Part shown: positions 29,702 to 38,836 of the stretch, one piece after another
Layout: every line of letters starts with the position of its first letter
Numbering within the stretch: the stretch's first letter is position 1
Origin: an uncultured Spartobacteria bacterium
Lineage (GTDB): Bacteria; Verrucomicrobiota; Verrucomicrobiia; Chthoniobacterales; JAATET01
Assembly (NCBI GenBank): GCA_937901895.1
Contig: CALGTD010000138.1
Span: 47,679 to 111,678 of the forward strand
DNA length: 64,000 nt
Direction of reading: 5' to 3'
Position numbers and translations under genes: made by a program
The notes under the pieces: generated by a model
What the model was told of the DNA's origin: nothing
Databases searched by the model: none
The model's input: the letters and a program-made list of their open reading frames with translations, nothing else

Positions 29702-30256
29702 TCAAATCACGCGGCTGTTCATCCGTCGTGGCGACGACCCGCCTTTCGCCGTGCGGCATTCGCACTCTTCCAGATCGGCGACGTGGTGCTTCACGACGGC
29801 ACGACGCAGCTCGGAAAAGTGCCCGTTCTCGCAGCACAACACGAAGCTCTCCATGATGGTTTTGAGCTCCTCCCAGTGGCGACGCACGGAGCGGGCCTCC
29901 GCGTCGGTGATCTCGTTGTCCATGCTGGCGTGGGCAATCACGGCCAGCATATTGGCGAACTCCTGAATGATCTCATTCGTCGCGGGTAGAAGGTCGTTGC
30001 ATTGATCCCGGTGCTCGGGATCCCAGACGAAAAATCCCCCGGCGTGATGACACAGCCATTGAATGATCGGCAGATGGTCGGTGAGTTCGATCAGCAGGCG
30101 CGTCCGGTCGAGCGGGTTTCGAGCTCCGCTGCGATCATCTCCGTCGCTTTGCGCCCATTTGTAAACAATGGAAAGGGAGACGCCAAGGGCAGCGGCGATT
30201 TCCTTCGGGCTGCGCTTTTCGTATGCCGCGCGCAAGACCTCATGGGATTCCTGCAT
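29702..30256 (-). CDS. helix-turn-helix regulatory protein with a C-terminal Cys/His cluster (phage-CII-like)
   Basis: HTH segment SPKEIAAALGVSLSIVYKWAQ and the C-terminal cluster LCCENGHF...KHHVADLEECEC. Transcribed divergently from the yqiJ-like gene. Confidence 0.5.
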   Translation of the reverse strand: MQESHEVLRAAYEKRSPKEIAAALGVSLSIVYKWAQSDGDDRSGARNPLDRTRLLIELTDHLPIIQWLCHHAGGFFVWDPEHRDQCNDLLPATNEIIQEFANMLAVIAHASMDNEITDAEARSVRRHWEELKTIMESFVLCCENGHFSELRRAVVKHHVADLEECECRTAKGGSSPRRMNSRVI

Positions 30257-30379
30257 GGCGCTCAGAATGGGGCCTGTCGGGACTGCCGCGCAAGGAATCC
30301 GTGATGAGAAACAACGGATGTTTTTGTAACAGCGATTGACACAGTCGCTTCGCTACTTTCCGCGGCGAGGAGGAAAGTC

Positions 30380-30994
30380 ATGCAAGCACTGATTGACCAG
30401 GCCCTGTTCGCCCCGACGCTGCCATTTACGGTGCTGCTTGCCGCACTGGCGCTTTACTGGATCGGTGCGGCGTTCGGCTTCGTTTTCAGCGAGGACGAAA
30501 TGTTCGACGCCTCGGACACCGACGGCGCATGGGCTTCGTTTCTTTCGTTCCTGAATGTCGGCGAGGTTCCGGTGATGATCGTCATCACGGTCCTCACGCT
30601 TTCCACGTGGGTGCTCAGCATCCTTGGGAACGAGTTTCTCGCGGGCGGCTCGCTGGCATTGGGGTTCGTGCTGCTCGTTCCGGCGTTCGCGGTTAGCTGC
30701 GTGATCACCCGGTTCACGACCGCGCCGTTCAAGAAGGTGCTGCGCCTGCTCAACAACGAGGGGGAGGCTCCCATGCAGCTCATCGGCAAGGTCGCCAAAG
30801 TGACCACCGCATCCGTTACCGACCGATACGGGCAGGCGGCTGTGGAGACCGGCGGAGCGCCCGTGATTGTGCAGGTGCGTGTCGCCGCCGGCGAATCACT
30901 GGCCCGTGGCGACAGCGCGCTCATCGTCGCAGAGAACGCCGCGACCGGAACTTTTACCGTCCGAAAAGTCAGCAACCAACAACTGGAGAACTAA
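30380..30994 (+). CDS. YqiJ/NfeD-like inner-membrane protein (DUF1449) with a C-terminal OB-fold
   Basis: Three or four N-terminal transmembrane helices, then a soluble beta-rich C-terminal domain (IGKVAKVTTASVTDRYGQAAVETGGAPVIVQVRV). Ends 3 nt before the flotillin gene. RBS GAGGAGG at about 30365. Confidence 0.7.
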   Translation: MQALIDQALFAPTLPFTVLLAALALYWIGAAFGFVFSEDEMFDASDTDGAWASFLSFLNVGEVPVMIVITVLTLSTWVLSILGNEFLAGGSLALGFVLLVPAFAVSCVITRFTTAPFKKVLRLLNNEGEAPMQLIGKVAKVTTASVTDRYGQAAVETGGAPVIVQVRVAAGESLARGDSALIVAENAATGTFTVRKVSNQQLEN

Positions 30995-30997
30995 ACC

Positions 30998-33004
30998 ATG
31001 GAACTCATCACACCACTTGCACTGCTGATCGGGATCATTGCGGTCCTGATCCTGCTGGGCTTCCTCGTCATGATCGTTCGCTGCTACCGCAAGGTGGACC
31101 AGGGACAGGCGCTCGTGCGCAACGGCCTCGGCGGCACGAAGGTGTCGTTTTCCGGCATCGTCGTGCTTCCTGTCATCCACAAGGCGGAATTCATGGACAT
31201 TTCCGTCAAGCGGGTGGAGATCGATCGCGCCGGCGTGAACGGTCTGATCTGCCGGGACAACATGCGCGCCGACATCAAAGTCGCATTCTTCGTGCGGGTG
31301 AATCAGACCGCGCAGGATGTGTTGAAGGTCGCGCAGTCGATCGGATGCACGAGGGCGTCGAGCCAGGGCGCCATCGTCGATCTGTTCGATGCGAAGTTTT
31401 CCGAGGCGCTGAAAACCGTCGGGCGGCAGTTCGATTTCGTCGAGCTCTACAACTCCCGCGAGAAACTCAAGGACGACATCATCCAGCTCATCGGCACGGA
31501 TTTGAACGGATTCGTGCTCGAGGATGTTGCGATCGATTACCTCGAGCAGACGCCGCTCAATCTTCTCAATCCCGACAACATTCTCGACGCGGAGGGCATC
31601 AAGAAGATCACCCAGCTCACCGCGTCGCAGAAGGTGCTCGCGAACCAGATCGACCGCGAGCGGGAGAAGACGATCAAGAAACAGGACGTCGAGGCCCGCG
31701 AGGCCATTCTCGAGCTCGAGCGGCAGCAGGCCGAGGCGGAGGAAAAGCAGAGGCGCGAGGTCGCAGCCGTGGCGGCGCGCGAGCAGGCCGAGGCGAAGAG
31801 AGTGCAGGCGGAGAATCTGCTCAAGAGCGAAGCCGCCCGCATCCGGGCCGAGGAGGAAATCGCGATCGCCGAGGAAAACAAGAACCGGCAGATCATCGTT
31901 GCCCGCAAGAACAAGGAACGCACCGATGCCATCGAGACCGAGCGCGTCGAGCGGGACCGGCTCATCGAGGTCACTGAGCGCGAGCGCATCGTCGAACTTG
32001 CGACGATCGAGAAGAACAAGGCGATCGAGGTCGAGCAGAAGGCGATTCAGGACGTGATTCGCGAGCGCCTTGTCGTCGAGAAATCGGCGGTTGAGGAGCG
32101 TGAGCGGATCAAGGACACCGAGGCGGTCGCCGCCGCGGACCGCGAGAAAAAGGTGAAGATCACCGAGGCGGAGATGCAGGCCGAACAGGCGCTGGTGAAG
32201 GATATCAAGGCCGCCGAGGCCGCGAAACGGGCCGCGGAACTGCTGGCTGAGCAGGAGTTGTTCAGCCGCGTGAAGCAGGCGGAAGCCGAAAAGGAAGCCG
32301 CAGAGCTGCGGGCGCAGGAGATCCTCATCGCCGCTGAGGCGGAGCAGGCAGCCGCCGTCAAACAGGCCGAGGCGAAGAAATCGCTCGCCGAAGCGACGAT
32401 CGCGGAGGTTGCAGCCACCGGACTTGGCGAAGCACAGATCATCCAGGCGAAGGCCGATGCCGAAGCGAAGGGCATTCAGGAGAAAGCGGAGGCCATGAAG
32501 GCGCTCGATGGCGTGGGTCGCGAGCACGAGGAGTTCAAGCTCCGCCTCAACAAGGAGAAGGAGATCGAGCTGGCGGGAATCACGGTCCAGCGTGAAATCG
32601 CCGAGCAGCAGGCACGCGTCCTGGGCGAGGCGCTCAAGAGCGCGAAGATCGACATCGTTGGCGGCGAGGCCCAGTTCTTCGACAAGATCACGGGTGCGAT
32701 CACCAATGCGAAGGTCGTGGACCGGCTTGTGCTGGGAAGCAACACGCTTTCCGACATCAAGGACACGTTCTTCACGGGCGATCCCGAGGACTTCCGCAAA
32801 CGGCTCGCCGAGTGGTTCCAGCTCTTCGGAGTGTCGAGCGAGGACGTGAAGAACCTCACGATCGCCGCGGCGCTCGGAAAGCTGATCAGCGAAGCGGACG
32901 ATGACCGCAGCCGTGGCGTGCTCGCGACGCTGCTCCATCGTGCAAAACTCGCGGGCGTATCCGAAAAGACGGTGGGCTCTTTGGGCGCACTGGCAGTGAA
33001 TTAA
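30998..33004 (+). CDS. flotillin / SPFH-domain (band 7) protein, YqiK-like
   Basis: N-terminal transmembrane helix, an SPFH domain, and a long E/A/K-rich coiled-coil 'flotillin' region (EAEEKQRREVAAVAAREQAEAKRVQAE...). Confidence 0.9.
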   Translation: MELITPLALLIGIIAVLILLGFLVMIVRCYRKVDQGQALVRNGLGGTKVSFSGIVVLPVIHKAEFMDISVKRVEIDRAGVNGLICRDNMRADIKVAFFVRVNQTAQDVLKVAQSIGCTRASSQGAIVDLFDAKFSEALKTVGRQFDFVELYNSREKLKDDIIQLIGTDLNGFVLEDVAIDYLEQTPLNLLNPDNILDAEGIKKITQLTASQKVLANQIDREREKTIKKQDVEAREAILELERQQAEAEEKQRREVAAVAAREQAEAKRVQAENLLKSEAARIRAEEEIAIAEENKNRQIIVARKNKERTDAIETERVERDRLIEVTERERIVELATIEKNKAIEVEQKAIQDVIRERLVVEKSAVEERERIKDTEAVAAADREKKVKITEAEMQAEQALVKDIKAAEAAKRAAELLAEQELFSRVKQAEAEKEAAELRAQEILIAAEAEQAAAVKQAEAKKSLAEATIAEVAATGLGEAQIIQAKADAEAKGIQEKAEAMKALDGVGREHEEFKLRLNKEKEIELAGITVQREIAEQQARVLGEALKSAKIDIVGGEAQFFDKITGAITNAKVVDRLVLGSNTLSDIKDTFFTGDPEDFRKRLAEWFQLFGVSSEDVKNLTIAAALGKLISEADDDRSRGVLATLLHRAKLAGVSEKTVGSLGALAVN

Positions 33005-33056
33005 TCCCGGCGCGGCGGGAGCGCTGCTTCCGCCGCGTTCTTCCAAGGATCGATCG

Positions 33057-36000
33057 ATGGAAAACAAACCACCGACAATCGAAGGCGGCACCTACGAGGT
33101 TTTGCGCGCCCGGCTCGACGAGCAGGCGCGTGACCTCCGGGAGCGGTTGGAGCGGCTGAACGACGCGCGGCAGGAGGTCTTCGGGACCATCGAAACCGCG
33201 CTTGTCGCGACGGGGCGGATCTCCACCGAGAACAACTGCGTCCCTCGCGACATGGTCGCGATTCGCAAACGCCGGTCGCTGCTTGGCTACAATGTCCACA
33301 TCGGCCTGCGCTCGGAGGTCCGGCTCGAGGATGTGTTTACCGCCTACCAGCGCGAGGGGGACGAGTTTCGGCCGATCCCGCTCGATTTCCTGAGGGATCC
33401 GGACTTCGAAGCCGACTTCCAGAGTCTTTTCAAATACTACAAGAACACCGTCTTCACGAAGTTCGCGTTCATTGGGCCGCACCTCTTTTTTGTTTTTCAG
33501 GTCGGCCAGCGCGTGACGGACGTGAAGACATTCAAGTGGCTCGTCGGGGAGGACGGCGCGTTCACATACCTCGGAAACCGCAGCGACCACGAGTTTGTCT
33601 TTCCGCCACAGCACGAGTTCGAGTGGAAGCGCACGCATCGCGACCTGCATCGCGATGGGCTTCATCCACATATATCGATCGAGGACCGCGTGTTTGTCGA
33701 AACGATCGGCGGCGACCTCACGATCAAGGTTGAAGATAACACCGACACCGGCGCGGGCATCTACAGCGAGCCAGTTGAGCATGCCGATCAGACGCTCGAC
33801 GATGCGGAGATTTTCTACGCCGTCGTCGGCAATCTCGTTCTGCTGCGCATCCGTCCCTACCAGGAGAAGACCTGGCGGTATTTTGTATTCAACGAAAAGC
33901 TCCAGCACGTCCGGCGAATCGATGCGATCGAGCAGTCCTGTGTGCTGTTGCCGGACGGACACGGCATTATCTTCTCGCGCGGCTACTATTTGCAAAGCGG
34001 AGAGCTGAAACTCTTCGACGCGAACTCGACCGACATGCTTTTCGAGCGGCGGATTGCCGCGCCGAACCGCGAGGATCACCTCTTCTGCTTCTACAATCGC
34101 GAGCGCGGCGACTACATCCTGATGCCCTACAACGTGATCACGCAGCGCGTGGACACGCCCATTCATTGCCAGGGTTTTTCCATCTTCGACAGCGGCGAAC
34201 TTGCGCTCTTCAAGGGGGACTCGGAACCGCAGAAACATCACACCGTCCAGATCTGGCAGACGCCGTTCACCGGCTCGACGTTCCAGACTCCGGCGAAGAC
34301 CGATTCGTTTCTCTTCAAAGTTGGCAACGGCGACATCGTCCGCTGCATGGCTGAGTGCCACGAGATTCTCGGGCTGATTGCGCGCGACGAACCCTATGCC
34401 GACCTCTATGTGGACCTTCGCAAGAGGGCCGGCGACGTGCTCGACTCGTATTTCTGGTTGCGGGAGGAGGACGCCTTTCGGTTGGTCGAACCGCTCGCGG
34501 CGATCCGCGATGCCGCGGATCGAACGATCGAGGAGTTCGACAAGGTGCTCGAGCTGCGTCGCACGGCGGCATCGAAACTGGAAGAAGTCGCAGGAAAGGC
34601 GCGCGCACTGACGGAGGGGATTGTTCCGGGGGAGTTGCAGGATATCGACGCCTACGTGCATGCGCTGGCCGGTCTGCGCACCGTTCGCGGTGAGCTGATT
34701 GCGCTCCGGGACGTCCGATACATCGATCTGGAACGGGTCGATACCGAGGAACAACTTGTCGCCGACTGCAGTGAGGAAGTGTCCAGGCTGTGCGTGGAGT
34801 TTCTTCTCGGTGATGCGGCGCTTTCCCCGTATCGCGAGCGCGTGAAGGCGCTGGAATGCCGGATCGATGAAATCTCCCGCGTCGTTGACGGGCGCGCGCT
34901 CGAAGAGGAGATGACCGTAGCCGGCGCGGACCTGAGCATGCTCATTGAGATCGTCGGCAATCTGCAGATCGACGATGCGACGGCGACGACGCGGATTATT
35001 GACGACATCTCCGCAATCTACGCGGCGCTGAACCAGAACCTCGCCCGCCTGCGCCAACGACTTGCCGGGCTGCGTCAGAGCGAGGGAGCGGCGCAGTTTG
35101 GAGCGCAGCTGAAGCTTGTCACCCAGGCCGTAACAAACCTGCTCGAGCGCTGCGACACACCGGAGAAGTGCGATGAAGCGCTCGGGCGCATGATGGTGCA
35201 GCTCGAGGAGCTGGAGACGCGTTTTGCGGAGGCGGCGGAGTTTCTCGAGCCACTGGCGGAGAAGCGCACGGAGGTCATCTCTGCGTTCGAGGCGAGAAAA
35301 CTCGCGCTTTTGGAGGCGCGCAACCGGAAGGCGACCGCGCTGGCCGGGGTGGCCGACCGCATGCTGAAGGGAATTCAAACCCGGGTGGCGTCCATCGATG
35401 ACGTCGCGGCCATCCACGGATTTTTCGCGTCCGATCTCATGGTCGACAAGCTGCGCGATGTCATTCAGCAGTTGCTCGATCTCGGCGATCCCGTGAAGGC
35501 CGATGATGCGCAGTCGCGATTGAAGACCCTGCGCGAGGAGGCCGTGCGTCAGCTCAAGGATCGAAAGGAGCTGTTCGTTGATGGTTCGGACGTCGTTGCG
35601 TTTGGTCCGCACCGGTTCAATGTGAACACGCAGCCGACCGATCTGACCGTGCTGCATCGGGACGACGGCCTGTTTCTGCATCTTTCCGGCACGCGCTTTT
35701 TCGAGCGGATCGAGGATCCCGAACTTGATGAGCTTCGTCCCGTTTGGGACCTCGAGGTTGTTTCCGAATCGCACGACGTGTATCGCGCGGAGTGGCTCGC
35801 CTGCAAGCTGCTCAGAAGCCTTGAAGATGGCGGTCGGCTGGCGGAAGCCGCCCGGTGGAGTTCCGCGCAATGGCTCGATGAGGTGCGGAATTTCATGTCC
35901 CCGCGATACGCCGAAGGTTATGTGCGGGGAATTCATGATGCGGACGCGGTCCGAATTCTGGAAGCGCTGGCGCCGATGCACCTGGCGGCCGGAACGGTGC

Positions 36001-38090
36001 GGCATCCTCCGTCCGCGCGGGTGCTCGGAATCATGGCCTGGGATCATTTCGACAATGCGGAGGAACGGGCGCTGCTGGAGGGACAACTGGCGAGCCATGG
36101 CGCGATGCGAGGTGTCTTCGAAACCGAGGCCCGCCCGGCGCCGTATCTCGCAAGGCTCGAGGGCGTCTGCCGGCGGGCAATCGAAAGCGGAGCGCCGTTC
36201 GACGAATCACTGGTTTCCCCCGCGGCGGAATATTTGTTCGACGCGTTGAGTTCGGGAGAGGGATTCGCGTTCAGCCAGGACGCTTTCGAGGTGTTCCGCG
36301 CGTTCGAAGATGATGTGCGGGAGCGGGGAGCCTTCGACCGGTTTGTGGAGCTTCGAAAGGCGGTGGAGACCAATCCGTGGCGCCACTTCGAGATGCTTCG
36401 CGATTGGATGAGCGGGTTTCTGCGCCGCAGCGACAGGGACGGGACGTTTTGTGACGAGGCAGTCTTCCTGCTGAAGCGCGGCGCGCATCACCAGCATCGC
36501 GTGGTCGATGTTGAGCTGCGTGTGGATCTCACCGGCATGCTCGGCCAGCATCCTCGCCTCCGGAACGGCGCCTATGTGCTGGATTACCTGGATTTCACGG
36601 ACCGTCTCGAGCGTCACGAGCGTGTCACGGCACCCGCCTTCGAGCGGTTTCAGGCGATCAAACGCCGTCTCTCCGAAGTGGGAGCCAGTCGCCTGCGGGT
36701 CGAGGAGCTTCGTCCGAAGGTGCTGACATCGTTTGTCCGGAACCGCCTTGTGGATGAGGTCTTTTTGCCGCTCGTCGGCGCAAACCTCGCGAAGCAGATG
36801 GGCACCGCGGGCGCGAATACGCGCACGGATCGCATGGGTCTGCTGCTGTTGATTTCACCTCCCGGCTACGGCAAGACGACGCTTATGGAATATGTCGCGA
36901 GCCGGCTCGGGCTCGTGTTCATGAAGATCAATGGTCCGTCGCTCGGCGCCGGCGTCACCTCGCTGGATCCCTCGCATGCTCCGAATGCTGCGGCGCGCGA
37001 GGAGATCGAGAAACTGAATCTCGCATTCGAGATGGGCGACAATGTGATGATCTATGTGGACGACATCCAGCATTGTCATCCCGAGTTCCTGCAGAAGTTC
37101 ATTTCGCTCTGCGACGGCCAGCGGCGGATCGAGGGTGTCTATCGCGGACAGGCGCGCACCTACGACCTGCGCGGGCGGAAGGTCGCCGTGGTCATGGCGG
37201 GAAATCCCTACACGGAAAGCGGCGAGAAGTTCCGGATTCCCGACATGCTCGCGAACCGGGCCGATACCTACAATCTCGGCGACATCGCTGTGGGCGCGCA
37301 CTTCGAAGCGTTCCGCCTGAGCTACCTTGAGAATGCGCTCACGTCGAACGCGGTGCTGAACCCTCTCGCCGCGCGCGGGCGCAAGGACATCCTTGGCGTC
37401 ATTCGAATTGCGGAGACCGGTGGCCGCGATGGCGTCGAGCTTGAAGGCAATTACACCGCTCGGGAACTCGAAGACATGGTTTCCGTCGTGAAGAAGCTCG
37501 GCCGCATCCGCGACGTGATCCTGAAGGTGAATGCGGAATACATCCGCTCCGCCGCGCAGGCCGATGCCTACCGCACCGAGCCGCCGTTCCGCCTGCAGGG
37601 ATCGTATCGCAACATGAACCGCATGGCCGAGAAGGTCGTGCCGGTGATGAACGACGAAGAACTCGAAGCGCTCGTGATGGACCACTACCGCAACGAGGCC
37701 CAGACGCTCACGACGGGTGCCGAGGCGAACCTGCTCAAGCTGCGGGAACTTCTCGAAAAACTCACTCCGGAGGAGGCGGCGCGATGGGAGGAAATTCGGA
37801 AGACCTTTCGTCGCAACCTGCTGGTGGCGGGGACGGAAGGGGATGACCCGATTGCGCAGGTTGTCCGGCAGCTCGTGGCGTTTAATGTCGGGCTGGAAGG
37901 GATCAAGGACGTTATCGGGAGCATGGCCGCGAAGCCGGAACGCCCGCCCGCGGGATCCGATCCGGGGATCGATCTCACGAAGGTCGCGATCTCGCGCGAG
38001 ACCTTGCAGAAGATCTGGGAGCTCATCGAGCAGGACAAGATTCGGGCGAACAAGGGCGACACGTTGCAGGTGAAGATTCCGGAGGAGTAG
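33057..38090 (+). CDS. 1677-aa multidomain protein with a single C-terminal MoxR/AAA_5-type ATPase module; N-terminal ~1250 aa of unknown function
   Basis: Uninterrupted 5-kb ORF. Walker A LLLISPPGYGKTT (~36858-36884), Walker B VMIYVDDIQH (~37050-37080) and VVMAGNP (sensor-1-like). A beta-rich N-terminal ~450 aa and a coiled-coil-rich middle region have no recognisable family. Confidence 0.8.
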   Translation: MENKPPTIEGGTYEVLRARLDEQARDLRERLERLNDARQEVFGTIETALVATGRISTENNCVPRDMVAIRKRRSLLGYNVHIGLRSEVRLEDVFTAYQREGDEFRPIPLDFLRDPDFEADFQSLFKYYKNTVFTKFAFIGPHLFFVFQVGQRVTDVKTFKWLVGEDGAFTYLGNRSDHEFVFPPQHEFEWKRTHRDLHRDGLHPHISIEDRVFVETIGGDLTIKVEDNTDTGAGIYSEPVEHADQTLDDAEIFYAVVGNLVLLRIRPYQEKTWRYFVFNEKLQHVRRIDAIEQSCVLLPDGHGIIFSRGYYLQSGELKLFDANSTDMLFERRIAAPNREDHLFCFYNRERGDYILMPYNVITQRVDTPIHCQGFSIFDSGELALFKGDSEPQKHHTVQIWQTPFTGSTFQTPAKTDSFLFKVGNGDIVRCMAECHEILGLIARDEPYADLYVDLRKRAGDVLDSYFWLREEDAFRLVEPLAAIRDAADRTIEEFDKVLELRRTAASKLEEVAGKARALTEGIVPGELQDIDAYVHALAGLRTVRGELIALRDVRYIDLERVDTEEQLVADCSEEVSRLCVEFLLGDAALSPYRERVKALECRIDEISRVVDGRALEEEMTVAGADLSMLIEIVGNLQIDDATATTRIIDDISAIYAALNQNLARLRQRLAGLRQSEGAAQFGAQLKLVTQAVTNLLERCDTPEKCDEALGRMMVQLEELETRFAEAAEFLEPLAEKRTEVISAFEARKLALLEARNRKATALAGVADRMLKGIQTRVASIDDVAAIHGFFASDLMVDKLRDVIQQLLDLGDPVKADDAQSRLKTLREEAVRQLKDRKELFVDGSDVVAFGPHRFNVNTQPTDLTVLHRDDGLFLHLSGTRFFERIEDPELDELRPVWDLEVVSESHDVYRAEWLACKLLRSLEDGGRLAEAARWSSAQWLDEVRNFMSPRYAEGYVRGIHDADAVRILEALAPMHLAAGTVRHPPSARVLGIMAWDHFDNAEERALLEGQLASHGAMRGVFETEARPAPYLARLEGVCRRAIESGAPFDESLVSPAAEYLFDALSSGEGFAFSQDAFEVFRAFEDDVRERGAFDRFVELRKAVETNPWRHFEMLRDWMSGFLRRSDRDGTFCDEAVFLLKRGAHHQHRVVDVELRVDLTGMLGQHPRLRNGAYVLDYLDFTDRLERHERVTAPAFERFQAIKRRLSEVGASRLRVEELRPKVLTSFVRNRLVDEVFLPLVGANLAKQMGTAGANTRTDRMGLLLLISPPGYGKTTLMEYVASRLGLVFMKINGPSLGAGVTSLDPSHAPNAAAREEIEKLNLAFEMGDNVMIYVDDIQHCHPEFLQKFISLCDGQRRIEGVYRGQARTYDLRGRKVAVVMAGNPYTESGEKFRIPDMLANRADTYNLGDIAVGAHFEAFRLSYLENALTSNAVLNPLAARGRKDILGVIRIAETGGRDGVELEGNYTARELEDMVSVVKKLGRIRDVILKVNAEYIRSAAQADAYRTEPPFRLQGSYRNMNRMAEKVVPVMNDEELEALVMDHYRNEAQTLTTGAEANLLKLRELLEKLTPEEAARWEEIRKTFRRNLLVAGTEGDDPIAQVVRQLVAFNVGLEGIKDVIGSMAAKPERPPAGSDPGIDLTKVAISRETLQKIWELIEQDKIRANKGDTLQVKIPEE

Positions 38091-38168
38091 ACACCGACAG
38101 GCCCGCGGGACCTTCCGGGTGGGCTTTGACGGCTTGATGGAGGAATGCGGCCCTGCCATGGTGCGGCC

Positions 38169-38633
38169 ATGAAGCGCCTGTTCCTCTCCGTTGCTTTGGT
38201 CGTCGTCGCCATCGTCGCAACCGGCTGTCTTGCATCTCCGGTTTCGAGTTCGGGAGGCTTCGGCGCGGTGACGGTCACCAACACGAATGTCGACGCGATC
38301 AATGCGGCGGCACAGGCGGTCTTCGCTGAATACGGCTATCAACCCGGACCGATGAACTATCCGGACTCCTTTTCCTTCGACAAGAAGGCGGGCGCCTTTG
38401 GACAGCTCATGTATGCGAGCTACAACGACCCGACTTCCTACCGCGTCACGCTCTTCACGACGCAGCTTCCCGGCACGAACGATTTCCGCCTGAGCACACG
38501 CGTCGCGCGCGTTTCGGACGCCGGCGAAGCGGGATTCGAGGATACGACCCGCATGTCGGGACTGTGGTCCGCGGAATTTGGTCCGATCCTGAAGAAGATT
38601 GCCGCCCAGGCACAGGGCGCTGGTGGCATTTGA
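38169..38633 (+). CDS. hypothetical lipoprotein
   Basis: Signal peptide with lipobox (VVAIVATGCLAS). Function unknown. Confidence 0.5.
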   Translation: MKRLFLSVALVVVAIVATGCLASPVSSSGGFGAVTVTNTNVDAINAAAQAVFAEYGYQPGPMNYPDSFSFDKKAGAFGQLMYASYNDPTSYRVTLFTTQLPGTNDFRLSTRVARVSDAGEAGFEDTTRMSGLWSAEFGPILKKIAAQAQGAGGI

Positions 38634-38836
38634 TCCCGCAGGGCGCCCCGGCGGGGCGCGACTCCCGGACGTCGGAGCTACAGGCCTGGAGCTAAGGTCG
38701 TGTCCGGCCATTTCTGCGCGGCATTCGGCGGGCACATTCCGGAGCCATGATCGTTGCGTCATCGCACCGGTGAAGGACGCGCAATGAATGGCGGAGGGCG
38801 TTGTCAAAGGGTGCGGACTTGATTAAACGCAACCGC

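Noticed and set aside
31345-32475. Arg/Ser/Ala-rich ORFs on both strands inside the flotillin coiled-coil region.
   Set aside because: They are frame-shifted readings of the repetitive GAG/GCC/AAG-rich coiled-coil coding sequence and are not independent genes.
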